In this document: piece after piece, positions 57,859 through 64,000 of the stretch
How the letters are laid out: every line of letters starts with the position of its first letter
Numbering within the stretch: the first letter of the stretch is position 1
Assembly (NCBI GenBank): GCA_002937895.1
Contig: PTKV01000002.1
Coordinates: 2,019-66,018 of the forward strand
DNA: 64,000 bases
Reading direction: 5' to 3'
DNA from: Alphaproteobacteria bacterium MarineAlpha5_Bin9
GTDB taxonomy: Bacteria > Pseudomonadota > Alphaproteobacteria > HIMB59 > GCA-002718135
Translations under genes and position numbers: made by a program
The notes under the pieces: generated by a model
Told to the model about the DNA's origin: nothing
Seen by the model: only the letters and a program-made list of their open reading frames with translations
Databases searched by the model: none

Positions 57859-58602
57859 TTAAAAAAGATCTTTCATATTGAAAAATCCTTTTTCTTTCTT
57901 AGAAAGAAAAATAACTGCTTTTATGGCTCCTTCAACAAAAATAGATCTGTTATTAGCTTTGTGATAAAGATCTATTCTATCATTGGCTCCTATAAAACTA
58001 ACATTATGCTCTCCAGCAATTTCACCGCCTCTTGTAACAGAAAAACCGATATTTCCTTTTTTCCTAACACTGCTTTTTTGGGTTCGATCTAAAACCTTTA
58101 CCTTTTCAAAATTTGTTTTTCTTCCTTTAGCAGCATATTGACCAAGAGAAAGAGCAGTGCCAGATGGCGCATCTTTTTTATGTTTGTGATGTGTTTCAGA
58201 TATTTCAATATCATAGTCAGATTTATCTAATATTGAAGCTACCTGTTGAACTAAACTAAAAAGAAGATTTACCCCAAGACTCATATTCGAAGAATATAAA
58301 ATTGGTATTTTTTTTGAAGCATTTTTTAACAAACTATATTCTTTTTGATTAAGACCAGTAGTTCCTATGACAAGACTGGTTTTATGTAAAAGAGCTAATT
58401 TTAAATTATTTTTAATTGCATTTGTAGATGAAAAATCAATTACTATATCTGCTTTTTTAAAAATCTTATTTATAAAATTTTTGTCATTTTTAACATCAAA
58501 ACCACCAACAAAATTTATTTGTTTGTGATTGCTAACTTTTCTTGTTAACTCTTGGCCCATTCTGCCTAGACATCCTGCTATAGCAACTTTAATTTTTTTC
58601 AT
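57859..58602 (-). CDS. dapB: 4-hydroxy-tetrahydrodipicolinate reductase
   Basis: G-GRMG, IGTTG, NMSLG, ETHHKHKKDAPSGTA. Confidence 0.95.
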   Translation of the reverse strand: MKKIKVAIAGCLGRMGQELTRKVSNHKQINFVGGFDVKNDKNFINKIFKKADIVIDFSSTNAIKNNLKLALLHKTSLVIGTTGLNQKEYSLLKNASKKIPILYSSNMSLGVNLLFSLVQQVASILDKSDYDIEISETHHKHKKDAPSGTALSLGQYAAKGRKTNFEKVKVLDRTQKSSVRKKGNIGFSVTRGGEIAGEHNVSFIGANDRIDLYHKANNRSIFVEGAIKAVIFLSKKEKGFFNMKDLF

Positions 58603-58642
58603 ATTAATGCATATACTTTGGAGATCGCCAATTGAAAAGAGA

Positions 58643-59791
58643 TTAAGTTAAATCCTCCCAAACTTCCTTTAATTTTGAAAAAAAACTTTGTGATTTTGGG
58701 CTGTGTGCTTTGGATGTGCCGCCTTCTTTTTCGAACTCTCTTAATATATCTTTTTGTTTATTTGTAAGGTTTATAGGAACTTCTACACTAGTTTCAACAT
58801 ACATATCTCCCCTAGATTTTTGTTGTAAAATAGTCATTCCCTTACCTTTAAGTCTAAATCGTGTTTCTGATTGAGTTCCTGGGGGAATGGTTAAAATAGC
58901 TTTTTTACCTTCAATAGTTGGAACTTCGATCTCTCCTCCTAAAATTGCTTGAGTAACTGAAATAGGGATATTACAAAACAAATTTTCCTCTTCGCGCTCA
59001 AATAATTTATCTTTCTTAACATCAACAAAAATATATAAATCACCATTCGAAGCGCCCTTTAAACCTGGCTCCCCCTCACCAGTTACTCTAATTCTTGTTC
59101 CAGTATCAACACCAGGTGGGATATTTATAGAAATAGTCTTTTGCTTTTTAGTTCTTCCTGTTCCACTACATTTTAAACATGGGTTACGTATAGTAGCTCC
59201 TTCTCCTCCACAATTTGGGCAGCTTCTTTCAATAGAAAAAAATCCTGAACTTGATCTGACTTTTCCATAACCATTACACGTGGTGCAGGTAGAAGGGCCT
59301 GATCCATCTGCGCTGGCTGTTCCTTTGCACTTTGTGCATTTTATATGGGTTGGTATTCTAATTTGAGTTTTTCTCCCGCTAAAAGCATCATTTAACGCAA
59401 TTGACATATTATAGCGAAGATCACTTCCCTTTTGAGGCCCATTTCTTCTTGCTGAAGAGCTAAAACCTTCGCCGAAAAAATCTTCAAAAATTGAATTAAA
59501 ATCAGAAAAATTGAAACTACTAGCAAAGTCATCAAACCCCCTAAAACCTCCGCCCATGTTTCCTTGTCTAAATGCATCGTGACCATATTGATCGTATGCA
59601 TTTTTTTTATTAGGATCTTTTAATATTTCATATGCAGCACTTATTTCTTTAAATTTTTTTTCTGCATTCACATCCCCTTTGTTTTGATCGGGATGATACT
59701 TCATTGCTAGTTTTCTATAGGACTTTTTAATTTCTTCTTGGGATGAGTCTTTAGAAACACCTAGTATTTCATAAAGATCTTTATCAGACAT
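58643..59791 (-). CDS. dnaJ: chaperone DnaJ
   Basis: J domain with HPD, G/F region, four CxxCxGxG repeats. Confidence 0.97.
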   Translation of the reverse strand: MSDKDLYEILGVSKDSSQEEIKKSYRKLAMKYHPDQNKGDVNAEKKFKEISAAYEILKDPNKKNAYDQYGHDAFRQGNMGGGFRGFDDFASSFNFSDFNSIFEDFFGEGFSSSARRNGPQKGSDLRYNMSIALNDAFSGRKTQIRIPTHIKCTKCKGTASADGSGPSTCTTCNGYGKVRSSSGFFSIERSCPNCGGEGATIRNPCLKCSGTGRTKKQKTISINIPPGVDTGTRIRVTGEGEPGLKGASNGDLYIFVDVKKDKLFEREEENLFCNIPISVTQAILGGEIEVPTIEGKKAILTIPPGTQSETRFRLKGKGMTILQQKSRGDMYVETSVEVPINLTNKQKDILREFEKEGGTSKAHSPKSQSFFSKLKEVWEDLT

Positions 59792-59822
59792 AAATATTTT
59801 TTTTAATTATATCTAAGTATTA

Positions 59823-61745
59823 TCATTTTTTATTTTCGTCAACTTCTTCAAAATCTGCGTCAACCACCTTATCATCTTTTTTTTCTGCAGAGTCTCCATC
59901 ATTGTCTTTTGTGTTTTCTTGAGGGGCTCCTTGATCTGGTGGTGTTTGCTTATAAATCGCCTCTCCGAGCTTTAATGATGACTGAACCAATTTTTCAGTC
60001 TTTTCTTTTATCTCTTCAAGATTTTCGCCATCCTTAGCTTTTTTTAAACCCTCTAAATCGTTGTTAATATTTTGTTTATCCTGATCAGAAATTTTATCGC
60101 CGTGTTCTTTAATGTTTTTTTCGGTTTGGTGTACTAGGCTATCAGCTTGATTTTTTGCATCAACCAAATCTCTTTTTTTCTTGTCAGATTCCGCATTTTG
60201 CTCTGCTTCTTTTACCATTTTTTCAATTTCTTCATTTGATAAACCTCCAGAAGCCTGGATTTTAATTTGTTGTTCTTTTCCTGTTGCTTTATCTTTTGCA
60301 GAAACATTAACTATACCGTTAGCATCAATATCAAAGGTTACTTCTATCTGGGGCATGCCTCTTGGAGCAGGGGGAATGCCAACTAAATCAAATTGACCTA
60401 AAAGCTTATTATCGCTAGCCATCTCTCTTTCACCTTGAAACACTCTTATTGTTACAGCATTTTGGTTATCTTCAGCAGTTGAAAATACTTGGCTTTTCTT
60501 GGTGGGGATTGTAGTATTTTTATCAATTAGTCTCGTAAAAACACCACCTAAAGTTTCAATACCTAAAGATAAAGGTGTAACATCTAACAGCAAAACATCT
60601 TTTACATCTCCCTGAAGAACACCTGCTTGAATAGCTGCGCCGGAAGCCACTACTTCATCCGGATTAACTCCTCTGCTTGGCTCTTTACCAAAAAAATTTT
60701 TTACTGTTTCAATTACTTTTGGCATTCTTGTCATACCTCCTACTAATATAATTTCACTTATATCAGAGGCTTTTAAACCAGCATCTTTAAGAGCTGTCTC
60801 ACAAGGTTTAATGGTTTTAGAAATTAGTTGCTCTATAACAGCTTCTAATTTTGCTCTTGAAAGTTTAATGTTTAAATGTTTTGGGCCAGATTGATCAGCT
60901 GTAACAAAGGGTAGATTAACTTCTGTTTCAGTGCTGCTTGATAATTCTATTTTAGCTTTTTCAGCGGCCTCTTTTAATCTTTGTAAAGCAAGTTTATCTT
61001 TTCTTAAGTCAACGCCATTATCCTTTTTAAACTCATCAGCTAAATAGTTTATTATTTCTAGGTCAAAATCTTCTCCTCCAAGATGTGTATCTCCATTAGT
61101 AGATTTTACTTCAAAAACTCCGTCCCCAATTTCTAAAATTGAAATATCAAATGTTCCCCCGCCTAGATCATATACTGCAACTGTTCCTGATTTTTTTTTA
61201 TCAAGACCATAAGCTAAAGCTGCGGCTGTAGGTTCATTAATAATTCTTAAAACTTCTAGTCCAGCAATTTTGCCTGCATCTTTTGTTGCCTGTCTTTGAG
61301 AGTCATTAAAATAAGCTGGCACTGTAATTACAGCTTGAGTAACTTTCTGACCTAAATAACTTTCAGCGGTTTCTTTCATTTTTTGAAGAATAAAGGCGCT
61401 AAGTTGGCTTGGGCTATACTTTTCTCCTCTAGATTCAACCCAAGCATCGCCATTATCTCCTTTGATTATTTTAAATGGGGTAAGGCTTAAGTCTTTTTTA
61501 ATACTTTGATCATCAAAATTTCTTCCTATTAATCTTTTTATAGCAAAGAGGGTGTTTTCGGGATTTGTAACAGCTTGTCTTTTTGCGGATTGGCCAATTA
61601 ACCTTTCTTTTTTATCAGTAAAAGCAACCATAGAAGGTGTTGTTCTTGAGCCCTCAGCATTTTGTATTACCTTTGCCTCTTTTCCCTCCATAACTGCAAT
61701 ACAAGAATTTGTTGTACCTAAATCTATTCCTATAACTTTGCTCAT
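59823..61745 (-). CDS. dnaK: chaperone DnaK
   Basis: [26 protein letters not shown], alphaproteobacterial-type DADFEEV tail. Confidence 0.98.
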   Translation of the reverse strand: MSKVIGIDLGTTNSCIAVMEGKEAKVIQNAEGSRTTPSMVAFTDKKERLIGQSAKRQAVTNPENTLFAIKRLIGRNFDDQSIKKDLSLTPFKIIKGDNGDAWVESRGEKYSPSQLSAFILQKMKETAESYLGQKVTQAVITVPAYFNDSQRQATKDAGKIAGLEVLRIINEPTAAALAYGLDKKKSGTVAVYDLGGGTFDISILEIGDGVFEVKSTNGDTHLGGEDFDLEIINYLADEFKKDNGVDLRKDKLALQRLKEAAEKAKIELSSSTETEVNLPFVTADQSGPKHLNIKLSRAKLEAVIEQLISKTIKPCETALKDAGLKASDISEIILVGGMTRMPKVIETVKNFFGKEPSRGVNPDEVVASGAAIQAGVLQGDVKDVLLLDVTPLSLGIETLGGVFTRLIDKNTTIPTKKSQVFSTAEDNQNAVTIRVFQGEREMASDNKLLGQFDLVGIPPAPRGMPQIEVTFDIDANGIVNVSAKDKATGKEQQIKIQASGGLSNEEIEKMVKEAEQNAESDKKKRDLVDAKNQADSLVHQTEKNIKEHGDKISDQDKQNINNDLEGLKKAKDGENLEEIKEKTEKLVQSSLKLGEAIYKQTPPDQGAPQENTKDNDGDSAEKKDDKVVDADFEEVDENKK

Positions 61746-61781
61746 ATAATTGAATTCCTTTGTTTTTATCTTAGAACTTAC

Positions 61782-61809
61782 ATATGGGGAGTAAAAATTA
61801 TTTTACAAC
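61782..61809 (-). promoter_or_regulatory. sigma-32 promoter of dnaK-dnaJ
   Basis: Minus strand GTTGTAA-N13-CCCCATAT; the -10 box matches CCCCATNT exactly. Confidence 0.8.
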
Positions 61810-61828
61810 CATTTGTTTGATATTGTTG

Positions 61829-62443
61829 CTATTTATTATCTTTTTGGTCTGGTTTTTGTTTTTTTTTCGAAACACCTACCATTGAAGGTCTCAGAAGTTT
61901 TTCGTATATTTTGTACCCTGATTGAATTTCTTGAACAACTACACCTTGTTCCACATCCTCAGTTTCAACCTCAAGCATTGCCTGGTGTAAGTTAGGATCA
62001 AATTTTTGATTTAAAGAATTGATTTTTTTGATACCAAACTTTTCTAAAATTGATAAAAATTCCTTTTGAACCATTTCAAGTCCTTTTATGAGGTTTGCTG
62101 TTGATTGATTCTGTTTTTTATCTTTAGGAATGTTTTCAAGAGCTCTAGTAAGGTTGTCATTTGTTGATAGTATTTCCCTGGCTAAGTCACTGCAACCATA
62201 TTTAAAAGAGTCTTGTCTTTCTCTATCTGCTCTTTTTCGAATATTATCCATTTCTGCTAACAATCTTAGTTTTTCATCTTTGAGTTCAGATATTTGATTT
62301 GAATATAAATCTAATTTATTCTGAAGATCTGTTTCTACTTCTGTCTCTTTCTCGAGATCTTTTTTGTTTAAATCATTATTTTCATCTATATCTTTTTCAT
62401 TATTTGTGTCGTTTTGTTCATTGTTCAATTTTTTTTTATTCAT
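61829..62443 (-). CDS. grpE: nucleotide exchange factor GrpE
   Basis: LR-LAEMDN-RKR, FDPNLHQAM, GY-I-EKLLRPSMV-V. Confidence 0.95.
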   Translation of the reverse strand: MNKKKLNNEQNDTNNEKDIDENNDLNKKDLEKETEVETDLQNKLDLYSNQISELKDEKLRLLAEMDNIRKRADRERQDSFKYGCSDLAREILSTNDNLTRALENIPKDKKQNQSTANLIKGLEMVQKEFLSILEKFGIKKINSLNQKFDPNLHQAMLEVETEDVEQGVVVQEIQSGYKIYEKLLRPSMVGVSKKKQKPDQKDNK

Positions 62444-63493
62444 TTAACTTAATATTCTCCCAACTATTTTTGAAGTATAATCAACTAAAGGCACAATTCT
62501 TGCATAATTTATTCTCATTGATCCAACTACTCCGATTGCGCCTATAATTTTTTGCTCATTATTTTTATATGGAGCCATTACCATAGAAAGACCAGAGTGG
62601 TTAAACAAATTATTTTGAGAACCAATAAAAATTTGAACTCCTTGCCCATTATTTGTACTTTCTAAAATATTTAGAAAGTTTGACTTGTTTTCTATGTCAT
62701 CAAACAAAGTTCTTATTTTGTCCAGGTCTTTTGAGATTAAGTCGTCCTCTAGCAAGGTTGATTGTCCATGAAGAAATAAATATGGGTTTTGACTTTTGTT
62801 TGGTGGTATTTGTATTATTCCCTCTTTTACAAGTTTCGTTGAAACTGTATCTAGCTCTAATTTTGAATTTTTTATCTCTTTATTTAGTTTCAGTTTTATT
62901 TCTTCAAAAGTGTTTCCACTAAACTTGGAGTTTAAATAGTTTGAAACTTTGCGTAAATTAGAATCGTCATAAACATAATTTGGTTCTAAGATTCTATTTT
63001 CAACCAAGCCATTTTCGTTTGCAATTATTGACATAATCTTATTAGAATCAAGCTTTATAAATTCAATGTGCTTTATCTTATTTTGATATTTTGGGGCCAC
63101 AACAAAGCCAGCACACTTTGAAAGTCCTGATAAAGTTTTAGATGCTTCTCCCAAAACATCTTCGAATAGTGCTCCTTTAGCCTTACATTTTGTCTTTATA
63201 TTTTGTTGCTCGCTTTTTGAAAGCCTTCCAAACTCGAGCAAGCCTTCAACAAAATATCTTATGCCCTTATCTGTAGGCACCCTCCCCGATGATATGTGTG
63301 GGGCAAACAAAAAGCCATCTCTTTGAAGATTGGCTAAGATCGATCTTATTGAAGAAGAAGAAATGTCTATACCCATTGTTTTAGATAAGGTTTCAGAGCC
63401 AACTGGTTCTCCGGTATTTAAATAAGTTTCTACAACGGATTTAAATACTTTTTTTGACTTTTCGCTTATTTGTAAATATAAAGTTTTAGACAT
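62444..63493 (-). CDS. hrcA: heat-inducible transcription repressor
   Basis: VETYL-TGEPVGS, PH-SSGRVPT-G-RYFV, IFIGS-N, GAIGVVG-MR-NY. Confidence 0.95.
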   Translation of the reverse strand: MSKTLYLQISEKSKKVFKSVVETYLNTGEPVGSETLSKTMGIDISSSSIRSILANLQRDGFLFAPHISSGRVPTDKGIRYFVEGLLEFGRLSKSEQQNIKTKCKAKGALFEDVLGEASKTLSGLSKCAGFVVAPKYQNKIKHIEFIKLDSNKIMSIIANENGLVENRILEPNYVYDDSNLRKVSNYLNSKFSGNTFEEIKLKLNKEIKNSKLELDTVSTKLVKEGIIQIPPNKSQNPYLFLHGQSTLLEDDLISKDLDKIRTLFDDIENKSNFLNILESTNNGQGVQIFIGSQNNLFNHSGLSMVMAPYKNNEQKIIGAIGVVGSMRINYARIVPLVDYTSKIVGRILS

Positions 63494-63550
63494 CTTTTAA
63501 TATACAATATAACTTATTAATAAAATTATTAATAAATAATTATTTAAAAC

Positions 63551-64000
63551 ATGAGACAAGATAGAAATTTCAATGAAATAAGGGATATCAGTTTTGATAT
63601 TGATATAAATTTGCATGCTGAAGGTTCCTGCTTAGTAAAATTTGGAAATACTCATGTTATTTGTACTGCAACAATAGAGGAAAAAGTGCCTTTTTGGTTA
63701 AAAAATACTGGTAGGGGTTGGATAACAGCTGAATATGGCATGTTACCAAGATCGGCAAATTCAAGAATGGACAGAGAATCTGTAAAAGGGAAACAAAGTG
63801 GAAGAACGCAAGAAATTCAAAGATTAATTGGAAGAAGTTTAAGAGCGGTAACTAATTTGGAAAATCTTGGAGAAAAACAAATAAAAATTGATTGTGATGT
63901 AATACAAGCTGATGGCGGAACCAGAACCGCCTCAATATGTGGATCATTTTTAGCGCTTTTTCAGTCAATAAACAAACTGAAGAGCTCGTATAATATAAAA
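63551..64000 (+). CDS. rph: ribonuclease PH (3' truncated; absent from the ORF track)
   Basis: Translated by hand: [11 protein letters not shown]…[19 protein letters not shown]…[13 protein letters not shown]…[15 protein letters not shown]…[16 protein letters not shown]. Confidence 0.95.
   Translation, partial: MRQDRNFNEIRDISFDIDINLHAEGSCLVKFGNTHVICTATIEEKVPFWLKNTGRGWITAEYGMLPRSANSRMDRESVKGKQSGRTQEIQRLIGRSLRAVTNLENLGEKQIKIDCDVIQADGGTRTASICGSFLALFQSINKLKSSYNIK

Noticed and set aside
86-62922. Many short ORFs in the track lying antisense or out of frame within long genes (e.g. 2016-2300, 5267-5572, 21433-21786, 45050-45385, 52075-52938)
   Set aside because: They are shadows of well-supported CDSs and show no motifs or SD.
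1-64000. CRISPR arrays, tRNA/rRNA genes, transposases, integrases, prophage or defence genes
   Set aside because: No repeat-spacer arrays or such proteins were seen, and the intergenic spaces are too short and AT-rich for structural RNA genes.

Overview
AT-rich (by eye under about 30% GC), very gene-dense chromosomal segment. It most likely comes from a streamlined marine alphaproteobacterium (SAR11/HIMB59-like). That placement is inference from proteorhodopsin, the F1Fo zeta subunit DUF1476, a FYDLN protein, zf-CHCC, HemJ and the hrcA/rph layout. In order the window holds: a 2-aminoethylphosphonate catabolic cluster (phnW, cupin, phnY, phnA, DMT); msrPQ; adenosine kinase and deaminase; an iron locus (Fe3+ ABC transporter, membrane di-iron desaturase-family protein, secreted DUF4856-like protein) abutting a six-gene haem operon with a HemC-HemD fusion; hsp20 with a sigma-32 promoter and ROSE-like thermometer; cdd-punA-deoA; malate synthase A; a folate/PABA operon; an RpoH-family sigma factor divergent from a blue-type DTE proteorhodopsin; cysS-thrS-hisI; guaD-ribA-cupin-persulfide dioxygenase; a nucleoside ABC transporter and upp; pyc, nth, dapB, dnaJ-dnaK-grpE-hrcA; and the start of rph. 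I saw no rRNA, tRNA, CRISPR array or mobile element. The best candidate for an undescribed system is the DUF4856 + desaturase + FbpABC module: both of its convergent transcription units are preceded by a near-perfect Irr/ICE palindrome. All product calls come from motif recognition by eye; no database searches were run.
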